Shown here: piece by piece, positions 1 through 13,919 of the stretch
Position numbering within the stretch: position 1 is the first letter of the stretch
Layout: each line of letters opens with the position of its first letter
Assembly (NCBI GenBank): GCA_951406725.2
Contig: OX597830.1
Span: 51,894,001-51,958,000 of the forward strand
Source: Octopus vulgaris
Taxonomy: Eukaryota
Direction of reading: 5' to 3'
DNA: 64,000 nt
Translations under genes and position numbers: made by a program
Notes under the pieces: model-generated
Database searches by the model: none
Told to the model about the DNA's origin: nothing
Seen by the model: only the letters and a program-made list of their open reading frames with translations

Positions 1-808
1 TCAGTGATGAATCTAAGTTTATGTTATTTGGCTCGAAAAGTAGGTGAAAAATTGTCGACTAAATGCCTTAAGACTAGTGTTAAATTCGGTGGAGGAAATG
101 TCATGGTTTGGGGGATTATATCTGGAGATGTTGTGGGCCCTTTGGTGCGATTACATGGAAAGTAAAATGCAGGAGTTTATAAACAACTTGTAAAAGATCA
201 TGTCTTGCCTGGGCTGAGAAATTCAACTAAGCGACCACCCATATCTATGCAGGACAATGCCCCATGTCACAAGGCTAAGGTGGCCATGAACTTCCTCAAG
301 GCTGAACAGGTTATTGTTAAGGATTGGCCTGCTCAAAGCCCAGACCTCTATCCTATTGAAAATGTGTGGAATTTTCTAGGAGAACGTTCGAAAGCCAGAA
401 ATCCTAAAACAACTGAGCAATTATGGAATGCCCATCAAGAAGAAACTTGAATAAGATCACCCAGCAAGAAATTGAAAATTTAATTTCATCATGCAGTCGA
501 AAATGTCAGAGTGTGATTGAAGCTTCACACTAAATATTAAATAATTCCAGTATTCTCTGTCATTTTTGATTATTTTGTTATTTTTTCAACCGTTCTGATA
601 ATTTTGGCCATCATGGGTTTTGCAGTAAATCACTAAATCATCCATAACTTTTGTATTATCCTCTTAAATTACACCAGAATCTCAGACAATAGCAAACAAT
701 ATCGTATTTATTGTCTGTGAAAATTATAGAAAATAAAACAACTTTGATAAAAAAATTGTACCTACTTTTTTGACGAAAACAATGCCGTTCTGAACATTTT
801 GGCCGTAA

Positions 809-811
<3 letters not shown>
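1..811 (+). mobile_element. Tc1/mariner (Tc1, DD34E-type) DNA transposon, 3' half with decayed transposase and right IR/DR terminal repeat
   Basis: Translation gives SDESKF...KFGGGNVMVWG...MQDNAPCHKAK...WPAQSPDLYPIENVW (Tc1 catalytic motifs) with stops/frameshifts. Direct repeats CCGTTCTGA.AATTTTGGCC-like at 590-609 and 785-804. Ends ...TAACTG followed by TA. Confidence 0.93.

Positions 812-865
<54 letters not shown>
812..865. repeat. (TA)n microsatellite
   Basis: Direct reading. Confidence 0.99.
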
Positions 866-866
<1 letters not shown>

Positions 867-1231
867 CATGCTGGTCAGCCAATTTACCTGCTCACGTGGT
901 CGTACAACCTTGTATTGTCCCTTAGTTATGCTATTTTATAAAATCACACAGACAATACACATACAATTTTATAGTATCTACTGTTTGCCACATCCCTCTC
1001 GATGTGACCAGTCATATGGGTACCACCAATGTTCATTATTTTCGAAGAAATTCAAAAATGGATCGTTAAACAGGAAAGGGATTTCACCTCTCTTGTTATA
1101 TTCTGAAACAATGTTCCTTCTTTGTGTGTGTGAGAGAGAGAGAGAGTGAGAGAGAGAGGGAAGGAAGGGTTTTTTCATGTGTGAAGGAGGGAGAAAGGGA
1201 AGGAAGTACTGAAGTAGAGAGGTAGTTGAAA

Positions 1232-1320
1232 AATGGGCAAACTCGAACTCGGCAGAGTTTGAACTCAGAACGTCAAGACGGGCAAAATGATGGTAAGCAA
1301 AATTATGCCAAGCTTCCCGC
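1232..1320 (-). mobile_element. Degenerate SINE fragment (family C)
   Basis: Resembles 8940-9050 (gaactcagaacgt... segment). Confidence 0.55.
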
Positions 1321-1596
1321 CTTTTCATTCATTAATATCAATGTTTTATTGTCGTTGTTCTTCTGAAGTAGGGGGGAGGGATATATTTCAAATTTGAAAG
1401 ATGATAAAAGATAATAAACTCTGCTTAATTAATTAATTTAAACCCATTAGATATACTCCCAATTCATTATACTTATATACAGCATTTTCTGTCTACACAC
1501 GCACACACACTCACATATGTATATAATCCTTTACAACACTCATAACCATTATTACACTGTGTCTGAGAATATATACACATAGATACATAATTTATA

Positions 1597-1662
<66 letters not shown>

Positions 1663-1869
1663 GCACACTCGCGCCGCTTATGTCCGCCTACGTTCAGTTC
1701 ACTGGACAATGGATGGCATCGTTTCATGATGATGATAATTATGTCTACTATTATGATTAATGATGATGAAAATAATTAAGAGGAATGATTGAATGAAAAA
1801 GCTATTGTTTAAAAGTTAATTAAACAGGTTAATGTCAAGGGCAGGTCAAGCTTTTGATATTGTAACATG

Positions 1870-2087
<218 letters not shown>

Positions 2088-3127
2088 CTCTAGTAGTTAG
2101 CGATATAAAATATTTAAGAGCCATGTATGTATGCAAATATTATGTATGTATGTATGTATGTACTGTATATATGTGTGTGTGTATGTATGTATATAAAACT
2201 TACTGTTCCGTTAATAAATGAAAAAATGTATTGTAAATAAACAAACGACAGGTAAAAAAAAAACGTATAGCTTATACTGAGTTTACACACGGACAGAAGA
2301 CAGAAGCTCCCTGATTTTTCATCAGTTATCAACACGATGGCATTACTCAGTCTCGCACTATTAATGATAAGACTGAAAGGCTTTCCATGCTGGCGGTGCC
2401 CACGAAAGTTGCGGAATAATATAGGGCCGAGAGCAAATAATTCGCAAGCGGTCGCGTAGCTGACCAATCCTAAATTCTTTGTGTCCCACTGGCACATGTC
2501 TTGTTATTTGCTGTTTTTCTAATATTTTAGAGTGCATTCTAAGCTTTACCTATAATTATGCAGTTGAGTAATATATTGTTGGTTATGGCCGGTCAATTAG
2601 CTTTACGTCTACCATTGCACTTGGCAATATAGGTGACTCATCGAACCTGCCAGACTCAGGTGCATAACCTCTATGGTTACGCGCATCGGGTCATGATAGT
2701 CTTGGTCAGGTTAATTGTGAAAAATGTATGAAACGAAATCATTCCCAAATCATAAGTACTTTTTCTGGGAGGAATAGAGTTATCGCTTTTTAAAAGATTC
2801 CAGCTGTGTCCGAAATGTCAGTTTACATACTTTCCTTTTTTTGCTTTTTGTTTTTTGTTTCTTTTTTTGTGTTGTTCACTATTCTGCAAACCAGTAAGAC
2901 CACGCTTTACAAATGAATTTTCTATCATGAGGGCACCGACTAAAATCTCACTTTTTTAATTCAATAAAGTATCCGGATCGTGCAATATTTTAGGACCATA
3001 TATATATATATGGTTTTAATTATATATACATTCTCATCCGCTTGGGAAAAGTAGGTAGTGTAATCATCTCATTTTTCGTAGTAATGCCCCAACATAGCTG
3101 TAGTCCAACTAGAATAGAAGGTAAAAG

Positions 3128-3213
<86 letters not shown>

Positions 3214-3226
3214 TGTATATATTATG

Positions 3227-3261
<35 letters not shown>

Positions 3262-5165
3262 GAAAAGTGGTTGGCAGAGCCTCTGCTTGACCTCACAAAC
3301 ATGCTCTTTGTGCACCAAATAGCACTCCACCAAAGGGTTTTAAATGTTCTGGATCTCTGCTAATAAATAACACGGAGCTCGTCTCTAATATTAATGTGAC
3401 AATTTTTCGCAGTGGTACTAATAAGGTATGTTCCGCAGAAAACTGCAGACACGCAAGCAATGAAAAGCACCCAACTCCTTTCCAACCTGAACTTTCATAA
3501 AGTTGATTGGGAAAGTATAAAGAAATAGGCCATGGAATAAAACTCGCCAACAAGTCTATCTATGCAAGATATTAACATAAGGAAAATGTGCCACTAAAGG
3601 ATAATGAAGAACCTTATCTTGAAAAAATATTTCTTGGGAGTGAAAGTGAACTCAGGCACTCCCATGAATTGGAGAGTGCAAAAAAAGAAGCCAGGGCTTG
3701 AAGAATTGTAAAGACAAATCCGAAGCCCTCCACAGATTTGGAAAAGTGTCTTCTTCAATGCGGTAAAATATAGGTCCACTGTTCAATGATGGCTCACTAG
3801 TGCAAACCCCCAGAGGATACGTGAAATAGTGAAAGTACAATACAAAAGCATTTGCAAAAATCCGTTGAGACACTTACAAATAGCTATACCTGATGAGTTT
3901 TCGGCACCACAGCTCTACATAAAGAAATGAAAATTATTGATTACACCGAAATAGAGGAAATTCATGTAATATCAGCCATTGCTGAAATGGACAGAAACTC
4001 AACCTCACGCTCTGATGATTTCCCAGCAATCCTCCTTAAGAAATGTAAAGAAGATCAGGCAAGACCACTGCAGATCCTCTTCCAAATATTCCTTCTAAAT
4101 GGGAGGCGTCCCAGAAAGTTAGAGAAAGGCATATATCTTATCTATAAAGGAGGTAGCAGAGTAAATGTTAAAAATGCTTGTGTCTCTAACCTCACAGCAA
4201 CGTCTCTAACCTCACAGAAAAGTCATGGAAAGCATTGTCAGGAGAAAGCTGATCACATTCCTAGACACCCTGACACCCAGCATTGCTCCCTGATACCCAG
4301 CATTGCTTCCTAGGTGTCATATATAGATGGGCTGAGGAAAGCAATGTGTAGTTTAATGCAGAGTAATTCCAAGCCCTCCGCTCGGAATCATTTTCTGCTA
4401 ACATGCCTCAACAAAGATACTTTAGACCAAAGGGAGCGGCAATACCACAGCCAAGTGTAGTGGGTGATTTGGAGATTGATATAAGCAATAACGCCTCGTT
4501 TTATGTACATATCACCAAGATGGTAGCAAAGAGCAGGGGAATAGTTGACTGGATTCTGAGAATTTTCAGAGTAAGGGGCCAGGAAGTTATGCTGATTCCA
4601 TGGAAGACATTTGTCCTCAGCCGTCTGGAATACTATTCTCAATTGTGGCAACCCAACAATGTGAAGTTAATTGCGAGATTTTTGGCACTTCAGCGATATT
4701 ACACAAGGAAAACAGCGTCAATGGAACAGCGGAGCTATCAGGAGAAAGTTAAAGAATTATGTCTCTACTTCCTGGAACGAAGACGAAGGAGATATGCAGT
4801 GATATATGTATGTACACACGGAATATCCTAGAAGCATTGGCAATGATCTTTGGCAACAAAAGTTAAATCAGCTCAAAGTGGACGTCACTTCACTGTTCAA
4901 GAAGTAGAGTGAGGACCAGTTATTGCATTAGCCTGGGATCAAAAGGCCCTCAACAATTGAATAAATTGCCAAAAGATCTCAGCGACCAACATGCAGTAAC
5001 GGTAGAACTTGACGTTCTGCTGTCTAATATCCTATATATGCATCACGGCAAGAAATTCCAATGAGGGCAGCAATGTCAAACTCGCTCCATCACCAAACCC
5101 CATTAGGCAGAGAATGGCCATTGAAAAGACAACACTTGCGATGATCCAACATGGCCATATCAGGG
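3262..5165 (+). mobile_element. Decayed CR1/L2-group LINE ORF2 fragment (internally deleted)
   Basis: ORFs 3927-4313 (SDDFPAILLKKCKE..ARPLQILF..IYKGG, pre-RT region) and 4403-4831 (DLEI..HIT..WILRIF..FVLSRLEYYSQLW..LQR..SYQEKVKELCLYFLERRRRRY, typical CR1/L2 post-RT C-terminus); many stops. Confidence 0.85.
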
Positions 5166-5218
5166 CTCAAAGGAATAAAAGAAGAATATATATACATGCA
5201 TATACATATACACACCCA

Positions 5219-5260
<42 letters not shown>

Positions 5261-5264
5261 CACG

Positions 5265-5304
<40 letters not shown>

Positions 5305-5315
5305 ATATATATATT

Positions 5316-5562
5316 GCGAACCTTGCTGTACTTTTTCACCACAACTTTCTCTCACTCTTTCTTCCTGTTTCTGATGTACATTTGTGTATTTGAAAGAGCT
5401 AACCATTTCATACTCTGTGTCACGCTAAATCTCCCCGGGGACTACGTTATGGATACACTTGTCTGTGGAGTGCTCAGAGTCTTACACGTTAATTTCACGA
5501 GCAGGCTCTTCCGTTGATCCGATCAACTGGAACCCACATCGTCTTAACTGACCGAGTGCCAC
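5316..5562 (+). mobile_element. SINE fragment: family B body followed by 3' module D
   Basis: 5316-5370 matches 8730-8775; 5412-5560 matches 53803-53955 and 61800-61945. Confidence 0.75.
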
Positions 5563-5847
5563 AATGTATGTATGCATGCATATAAGATTATATAAATTTA
5601 TATTTTCTGAACTAAGAATCCGAGAGATATAACTATTTTTTCAACGTTTAACCATAAAACAACCTCGGTGCACTCAATGCTGTATACATTGTCAACAATT
5701 GTTGCAGCAGCTTGTGAGATTTCTGAACGTAGCAACATAGAATTGTTGTGTAATCAAGTACAACCGATGAGCAGCTTGAAGTAATTCATAAGAGTAAGGG
5801 TAAAAATAAAAGTAACAGACAGATCAGCTTCCTAATGCGTAGGCGGG

Positions 5848-5943
<96 letters not shown>

Positions 5944-6114
5944 CAGACAGGCAGAGACAGAGAGAGTATGTGTGTGAGGGAATAAAGAAAAAGAATATTT
6001 TTCCATTCATCATTTAACTGGGTCTTGTGTAACACATTGTTTCGATGTCTCTCATTCGTTTATAATTTATTTTCAATTTATATACATGTTTTGTAGCGTG
6101 TTTTGATTCCATAG

Positions 6115-6274
6115 ACAAAGCTGTAGTGGTTAAAATGCAGGCTTTGCAATCGCGCAGTTTCCGGATCAGTCCCATTGCACGGCACCTTGGATAAATGTCC
6201 ACTACTATAGCTCCAAGCCGACCAATGTCTTGTGCATAGGTCACCCATACGGACATGGTGTAAAATCCCGTCGT

Positions 6275-6276
<2 letters not shown>
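6115..6276 (+). mobile_element. Diverged SINE family A, 5' part
   Basis: tRNA-like head plus ggcaccttgg..ctactatagc..ccgaccaatg similar to 20818-20980. Confidence 0.6.
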
Positions 6277-6322
<46 letters not shown>

Positions 6323-6327
<5 letters not shown>

Positions 6328-6530
6328 TAATCCAAACAAGAAAAACAAAAAAGACAACAACGCAAAAAGTGGAACAATTAAAGTATTATTAGGCGCTCAG
6401 GAAAAAAGGGGAAGAAGGAGGGTATGACGTTTCGAGCGGAGGTCTTCGTCGGAAACATAGGAGAAAGAAAGATCCCGAGGTGGGAGGACAGAGGGAAAAA
6501 AAACGCGAGTGGTCTTCACGAGGTAAACAT
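6323..6530 (-). mobile_element. PLE pLTR-like repeat, family H1, copy 1 (variant hammerhead core CCGACGA)
   Basis: Homologous to 10150-10353 and 12844-13053; 3' end abuts (TA)n. Confidence 0.75.
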
Positions 6531-6819
6531 ACTGTGAGGCGGAAGTCGTAGACGAGAGGGGACAGATTTTCAAAGACAGGAGAGCGGAAAAAGAAGGAAG
6601 GTAAAAACACAATGAGTGAGAAGAAGAGTGTGTGTATGTGAGTGTGTGCGTGTGTATGTATGTATATGTTGGCGACGGCTAGTAGCAAGCGCTGTGCGAG
6701 ATGACAGAGTGTGTGTTTATTAGTGCGTGCGTCTGTGTGTATGTGTGCGTATGTTGGGCGAAGGCTAGTGGACGTAGCAATCACAGGTCAGTGGCAAAAG
6801 GAGGAAGAAGGAAGAAGGG

Positions 6820-8590
6820 GAATGTGTGCGTGCGTGTGTACGTCCCGTGTGTGTGTTTTGTTGTAGTATGTGTGTGTACGTGTGCGTTAGTAACTTTGCT
6901 TAGCAGAGTGTATGTGTAGGTGTGTGTGTGTGCTTATATGTGCGTATATGTATACTTGTGTGCATGTATGTATGTGTGCGTGCGCGTGTGTGCGCATGTT
7001 TAGGTGTGCGTATGTATGTGTGTGTCAGTGTTTATATGTGTGTACGTATGTGTATGTGTGCGTGTTCGTGGAGGTATATGTTGGGTGTGTGTATGTGCCG
7101 GTGTGCATGTGAATTTGTGTGTGTTTGTACGTGTGTAAGTGTGTGTGTGTGTATTGTATATATATATATGTAAATGTGTGTGTGTGAGTGCGTGGGAGTG
7201 AATGTATGTATGTGTGTGCGTGTGTGTACAAAAAGTAGGGGTATTATATGTGTGTTTATGTGTTTATGTGTGTGTATATATATGCATGCAAGGAAACAAA
7301 ATGCAACTGACGGAATGATGGAAAAATACTCCCGCGGTGACAGGCGTAAGAGAAACCCAAGAACGCGCCGGCCCCAGATACGAACCCGAGATTTGGCCAG
7401 AACCCACAAGCATGGTGCATGCATGTGTGTGCGCGTGCATGCGAGTGTGTGTGTAAGTATGTGTGTGTGTGTGTATGTGTGAGTGTGTATGTGTGCATGT
7501 CTGTGTGTCTGTGTGTAAGTATGAATGTATGTAAATATGTGTGTGTGTATAGGTGTATGTATGTATGTATGTGTGTGTGTGTGAGTGTGTATGTATGTGT
7601 GGAAGTGTGTGTATGTGCATGTGTGTGCGCGTGCATGCGAGTGTGTGTGTAAGTATGTGTGTGTGTATGTATGTGTGAGTGTGTAGGTGTGTATGTCTGT
7701 GTGTATATGTGTCCGTATGAGTGTATGTGAGTATGTGTGTGTGTATGTGTGTATGTGTATGAGTGTATGTATGTATGTGTGTGTATGTGTGTGTATGTGT
7801 ATGTGTGGAAATGTGTGTGTGTATGTATGTGTATGTGCATGTATGTATGTGTACGTGCGTGTGTGTGTATGAGTGTGTGAGTGTGAGTGTATGGGTGTAT
7901 GTCATGCATGTGTGTGCGCGTGCAGGTGAGTGTGTGTGTAAGTATGTGTGTGTGTATGTATGTGTGAGTGTGTATGTGTGTATGTCTGTGTGTATGCGTG
8001 TCCGTATGAGAGTATGTAAGTGTGTGTGTGTATATGTGTATGTGTATGGGTGTATGTATGTATGTATGTATGTGTGTGTGTATGTATGTATGTGTGTATG
8101 TGTGGAAGTGTGTGTATATATATGTGTGTGTGTGTATGTATGTGTGCATGCGTGTGTGTGTGTATGTATGTATGCGTGTATGTGTGTGTATGTATACGTG
8201 CAAGCATGCATGTGCGTATGTGTGTGTGTGCATGTGTGTAAGTATATGTGTATGTGCGTATATGTGTGTGTATGTGTGTGTGTGTATGTATGTGTGTATG
8301 TATGTGTGTAGGCGTGTGTGTTAGGTGTATGTGTGTATGTATGTATGTATGGGTGTGTGTCTGTGTATGTTTGTGGGTGTGTGTATGTATGTATGTATGT
8401 ATGTATGTATGTATGAGCGAAGGTATGAATGTATGTAAGTGTGTGTGTGTACGTATGTAATGTGTGTATGTATGCGTGTGCGTGTAGGTGCGTATGTATG
8501 TATGTGGGAGTGTAGGTGTGTGTGTGTGTTTGTGTGCGTGTGCGTGTATTGTATATATATATATATGTATGTATATGTATATATATATGT
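6820..8590. repeat. Long complex (TG/TATG)n low-complexity tract with internal block duplications
   Basis: Block gcatgtgtgtgcgcgtgca.g.gagtgtgtgtgtaagtatg recurs near 7420, 7617, 7906. Confidence 0.9.
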
Positions 8591-8857
8591 GGAGGCGCAA
8601 TGGCCCAGTGGTTAGGGTAGCGGCCTCGCGGTCGTAGGATCGCGGTTTCGATTCCCAGACCGGGCGTTGTGAGTGTTTATTGAGCGAAAACGCCTATAGC
8701 TCCACGAGGCTCCGGCAGGGGGTGGTGGCGATCCCTGCTGTATTCTTTCGCCACAACTTTCTCTCACTCTTTCTTCTGTTGGCCTGCTCGCTTAGCCAGC
8801 GAGGTGGCGTCACTTGATGGCTAAAACAATATGAAGTGCATTGTGACCAGCGATGTG
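8591..8857 (+). mobile_element. tRNA-derived SINE family B
   Basis: A-box TGGCCCAGTGG and B-box-like GTTTCGATTCC; near-identical head at 26422. Confidence 0.85.
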
Positions 8858-9051
8858 TCGATTATATCGACTCCAATGATTAAGTCGATTATATCGACTC
8901 CAGTGCGTTACTGGTACTTAATTTATACATCCCGAAAGGCTGAAAGGCAAAGTCAACCTCGGCGGAATTTGAACTCAGAACGTAACGGCAGACGAAATAC
9001 GGCTACGCATTTCGCCCGGTGTGCTAACGTTTCTGCCAGCTCGCCGCCTTT
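8857..9051 (-). mobile_element. tRNA-derived SINE family C
   Basis: Reverse complement of 44969-45140 (ggcggcgagctggcaga...gagttcaaattccgc). Confidence 0.85.
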
Positions 9052-9943
9052 CAATGGTGCAGACCATCGAGTTGTTGACACGTAATACAGGAGGAGGATG
9101 AAGAATAGCAGGTGTAAACGGGGTATAGAGTGGGAGGAAGAGAAGGGTAAGTAAGAATAATCGCTCATTTTGTTTTTGAGCAAGAAAAACGAGATACAGA
9201 GAGTTTTACAGTTCTGACAAAATTGATTACTTCAGTAAAAGGCGGTGTTGAAATTGTGTCACCCAACTTCAATGTAAAACCATCACCCCATATGTTTTGT
9301 AAACATTGAGGTTTTCTTTGGTGGTCATATTGATAGCAGTGTCACATTGTCCAACAAATACAGTTATTCTCTTTCTTAGTGAATGTAACAGTTACAAAAA
9401 TGTTTCCATAATCAGAGAATCAGTCTTCGATCAACTCCATCTAAATATTGAAAATAACGTACGATAAATGTCTATATGATGTCTATATGTGCAGTATCGT
9501 TTGTTGTATTGATTGTTAATGAATAAAGTTTTGTCTTTGAACTCTGGGAAGGTTTGAAAGCGAGATCAGAGTAAATAACAATAGTTTCGTTTTTTAGATT
9601 CAGCAGACAGGTAATGTCTTTGCAACTTTTATTTTTTTCCGTGTTTTTTCCTTTTTATCGTCCTTCACAGGGGTTTCAAGTACAGAACACCATTGAGACA
9701 AAAGTTGAATCGCCCAAGAAAGATGACAATTTTGTTAACAAAATCGTAAATGAGCTGAGGTAAATTAGACGGCATGAAATATTGGGGAACTTAGATTCCT
9801 ATCATACCTTCTGTTCACGCAGAAAATGTTCCATGCACCTGTTTCGAAAAAGCTATTGTTCAAGCTCTCACCATAATATTTTATTCAAGTTCTCTCCATG
9901 ATTCCTTATTCACTTTCTCTTTATAAATCTCTATTCAGGCTCT

Positions 9944-10011
<68 letters not shown>

Positions 10012-10024
10012 ATATATACATATG

Positions 10025-10103
<79 letters not shown>

Positions 10104-10104
10104 G

Positions 10105-10140
<36 letters not shown>

Positions 10141-10149
10141 CATATATTT

Positions 10150-10353
10150 CAAAATGTGACCGCGTGGAGATTTTTTTCCTCCGTCTTCCCTTCTTTGGAT
10201 CTTTCCTTTTCCTATGTTTCTGACGAAGAGCTCCGCTCGAAACGTTGGACCCTCCTTCTTTCCTTCTTTCCTGAGCGTCCAATAATACTATACTTGTTCC
10301 AAACCTCGCGTTGTTAGGTTTTTTCTTTGTGTTTCCATGATTTGATTAACTTT
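10150..10353 (+). mobile_element. PLE pLTR-like repeat, family H1, copy 2
   Basis: Flanked on both sides by (TA)n; contains a hammerhead motif; two further copies in window. Confidence 0.8.
10216..10250 (+). ncRNA. Minimal type I hammerhead ribozyme motif
   Basis: GUUU-CUGACGA-A-GAGC(UCC)GCUC-GAAACGUU-GGAC. Stem I GUUU/GGAC with two G-U pairs, stem II GAGC/GCUC, palindromic minimal stem III ACGU, GUU cleavage triplet. Confidence 0.75.
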
Positions 10354-10553
10354 ATATACATATATATAGATACACATATATATATATATATATACATATA
10401 TATATACATATATATACATATATATACATATATATATGTATATATACATATATACATATATATGTACATATATATATATATACATATATATATACATATA
10501 TATAAATATACATATATATATGCATATATATACATATATACCTATACATATAC

Positions 10554-10646
<93 letters not shown>

Positions 10647-10805
10647 AATAAATGAAAGAATGGAGTCGAACGAAGATGTTAACAACATTCTTTTACTCTC
10701 GACACATTTCGGTTAAACGAATTTTCCATGCTGACGATAAACATAGGATGATTCATTCACCTACTTATATATACATATATATATATACATGTATATATAT
10801 ACATG

Positions 10806-10909
<104 letters not shown>

Positions 10910-11402
10910 AATATATATATAAGAATATATATATACATATATAACTTGTACTGGCTACTATGTTCTTCCATCGGCATTCTGTCACACGACTTTCTTTATT
11001 TCTCTGTTGAGGATCAATCCAAGTCCCTCTTGTTATTAACTCGAGTTGCCCCGCGACCAAACAAAGCAAAATATCGATTGGGATTGTTTCTTGACACGGA
11101 ATATAACATAATTTCTTGATTTATTAAAATTATCTGCGATGCTAGAGGCTGTATCTCAATTGCCAAACGGCAATTAATACCAACTCTACTTCAGGATGGG
11201 AGATAATCTCAAGATTCAATTGGAGATAGTGTTAATTGCCATTTGGTAATTGTGATACATTATCTGGAGGCCGAGATGATTTCAACAAATCTAGAGCAGA
11301 CACGTAGGATAAAGTGTCGTTGAAGAGGTCACGGGTTGTGTGAAGACTGAGCTTTGACAAAAAAAACAAAAATAATAATTAAGCAAGCTTTAGTACAGAC
11401 CA

Positions 11403-11449
<47 letters not shown>

Positions 11450-12281
11450 GTATATATGTATATATGTATATATATATATATATGTTTTATTTATACCACA
11501 TAATTGGCAACCTGGCAATCCGCAAGTATAACAATATTTTACATACTTATAGGCGTAGGAGTGGCTGTGTGGTAAGTAGCTTGCTTACCTAGAATGCAAC
11601 ACTAGTGGGTCTGGACTGTTACAGTGAGCAGATGTGAGTTTCGGCTCAACGAATAGAAAAAAAAGAACAAAAAGAAATATTGTCAATTATGGCTCGCTAT
11701 AGTGAGCAAAATACTGGGTTCTCATCACCGTAACGTTGAATTGAGAATTTTTTTGAAAATTCTTCTTGTGAATTCTAGTGGGCGTATCTCGCCAGGAAAA
11801 TAAGAATAAGCCATTTGGATTACCTTTTGGATTACCTTTTTGTAGTATTATACAAAGGATTCCCTGTCTGTGCTATTTGTGAGGTTTTTCTTTTACTTTT
11901 CCCTTCTATTTTTCTTTCTTTCTAAATTTTGGTTCATTCTTTTCATTACTTTAATTTCAGTTTCCTCCCCTCCTCTTTTATTTTGTTTTATTTTTATTCG
12001 GTTTAATTTTTTTGGCACACTGTCTTTTGAACTACTTTTGAACTGTTTTTTGACATGGCAGAGAAGGAACTTAAAAAGAAAAACTCTGTCTTAGAGTGGG
12101 AAATTAACCCGCCTAAGCAATGGTTAAAAGATATGGAGGAGAAGACGATGGTACTTAGAACGTATTCTAAGGTGTTGGGTTTCGTCTCTCATTTATTCAT
12201 TATATTTCATTTTCATTCATTAATGTATTTGTCCAGCCCGCAAAGCTCTTTGTACTGTGTATATGACAAATTTATGAAATA

Positions 12282-12425
12282 AAGTAGCTTGTTTACGAAC
12301 CACATGGTTCTTAGTTCAGTGGCACCTTGGGCAAGTGTCTTCTTATATAACCTCAAGTCGACCAAAGCCTTGTAAGTGGATTTGGTAGACGGAAACTGAA
12401 AGAAGCCCGTCGTATGTACGTATAC

Positions 12426-12468
<43 letters not shown>

Positions 12469-12675
12469 TGTCTTTGTTTGCCCCCCCCCCCAACATCGCT
12501 TAACAACCGATGCTGGTGTGTTTACGTCACCGTAACTTAGCGGTTCGGCAAAAGAGACCGATAGAATAAGTACTAGGCTTACAAAGAATAAGTCCTGGGG
12601 TCGATTTGCTCGACTAAAGGCTATGCCCCAGCGTGGCCACAGTCAAATGACTGAAAGAAGTAAGATAAAAGAAAA
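12282..12675 (+). mobile_element. SINE family A (tRNA head, CORE-like segment, internal microsatellite)
   Basis: Matches 20818-21214 and 56653-57055. Confidence 0.88.
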
Positions 12676-12757
12676 AGGAAATACTTATACCATTTCATCT
12701 ATGTCGTGCAAATGCATGCTACTCACCACTCTGAGTTCATGTAACTCACGTTTGCTC

Positions 12758-12833
<76 letters not shown>

Positions 12834-12843
12834 GTATATATAT

Positions 12844-13053
12844 AGTTAATCCAAACATGAAAACACAAAGAGAAAACACAACAACGCGAGGACGTGAAAC
12901 AAATATAGTATTATTGGACAATCAGGAAGGAAGGGAAGAAGGAGGGTTTAACGTTTCGAGCGGAGATCTTCGTCGGAATCATAGGAGAAGGAAAGATCCA
13001 GAGAAGGGAAGACAGAGGAGAAAAAAAATCGCCAACGGTTCACTCGCGGTCAG
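12844..13053 (-). mobile_element. PLE pLTR-like repeat, family H1, copy 3 (variant core CCGACGA)
   Basis: Homologous to 10150-10353; abuts (TA)n. Confidence 0.75.
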
Positions 13054-13069
13054 AAAGGTAAAGAGAGAA

Positions 13070-13508
13070 GCAGGAGTGGCTCTGTGGTAGGTAGCTTGCT
13101 CACCAACCACTTGGTTACGGGTTCTCATCTCACTGCGTGGCACCTTGGGCAGGTGTCTTCTGCTATAGCCTCTCGGGCTGACCAAGGCTTTGTGAGTAAA
13201 TTTGGTGGACGGAAGCTGAAGGAGGCCTGTCGTATATGTGCGTGTGTGTGTGACTGTATGCGTGTGTGTGAGTGTATGTGTGTATTTGTGTTTGTGTGTC
13301 TGCGTGTGACCCCCTCCACCATCGCTTGACAACCGATGCTGGTATGTTTGCGTCCCTGTAACTTCACGGTTCAGCAAAAACGACCTATAGAATAAGTACT
13401 AGGCTTACAAAAGTAAGTCCTGTGGTCGATTAGTTCGACTAAAGGCAGGTCTCCAGCATGGCCGCAGTCAAATGACCGAAACAAATAAAAGAAAAAATGA
13501 ATAAAAGA
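13070..13508 (+). mobile_element. SINE family A
   Basis: Full-length diverged copy ending in an A-rich tail. Confidence 0.88.
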
Positions 13509-13919
13509 ACACACACACAAACACACACGTCCATTCAAAAAATTGCTTCAAAATGTACTTTTCTCGTTATTTTTTCATTTGTAAACAATTATAGTCTCTC
13601 TCTGTCTCTCTTCGTCTTTGTCCGTCTCTCTCTTTTTTACTCACACAGACACACACACACACACACACACCACACCACACGCATTACACAAGTTCGCTGA
13701 CGCGCTGTGTTACTCGCACGCTCATTTACATACTACTCTATCATTTATGGTCACTATTCAAACTCTTCCCAGCCGTTCTCCCGTACATCATCACGCCCTC
13801 CCACCTTAAAAATTACATCTTGCCATTACATCAATTATCACCAATCTATTACTGTTTAACTAACTGTGCAAAGTGTTTCATCAATCACAATTGAATTTCA
13901 GATGGGCTGGAGGGGTGGA

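Noticed and set aside
8591-8665. tRNA-like sequences at SINE heads (also 20818, 26422, 44969, 61640)
   Set aside because: Continue into multicopy SINE bodies and lack a full cloverleaf; not tRNA genes
11150-11355. Degenerate inverted repeat (11150-11260) and TTGAAGA-GGTC..GACT-GAG motif
   Set aside because: Core is mutated at several invariant positions; cannot be supported as a ribozyme
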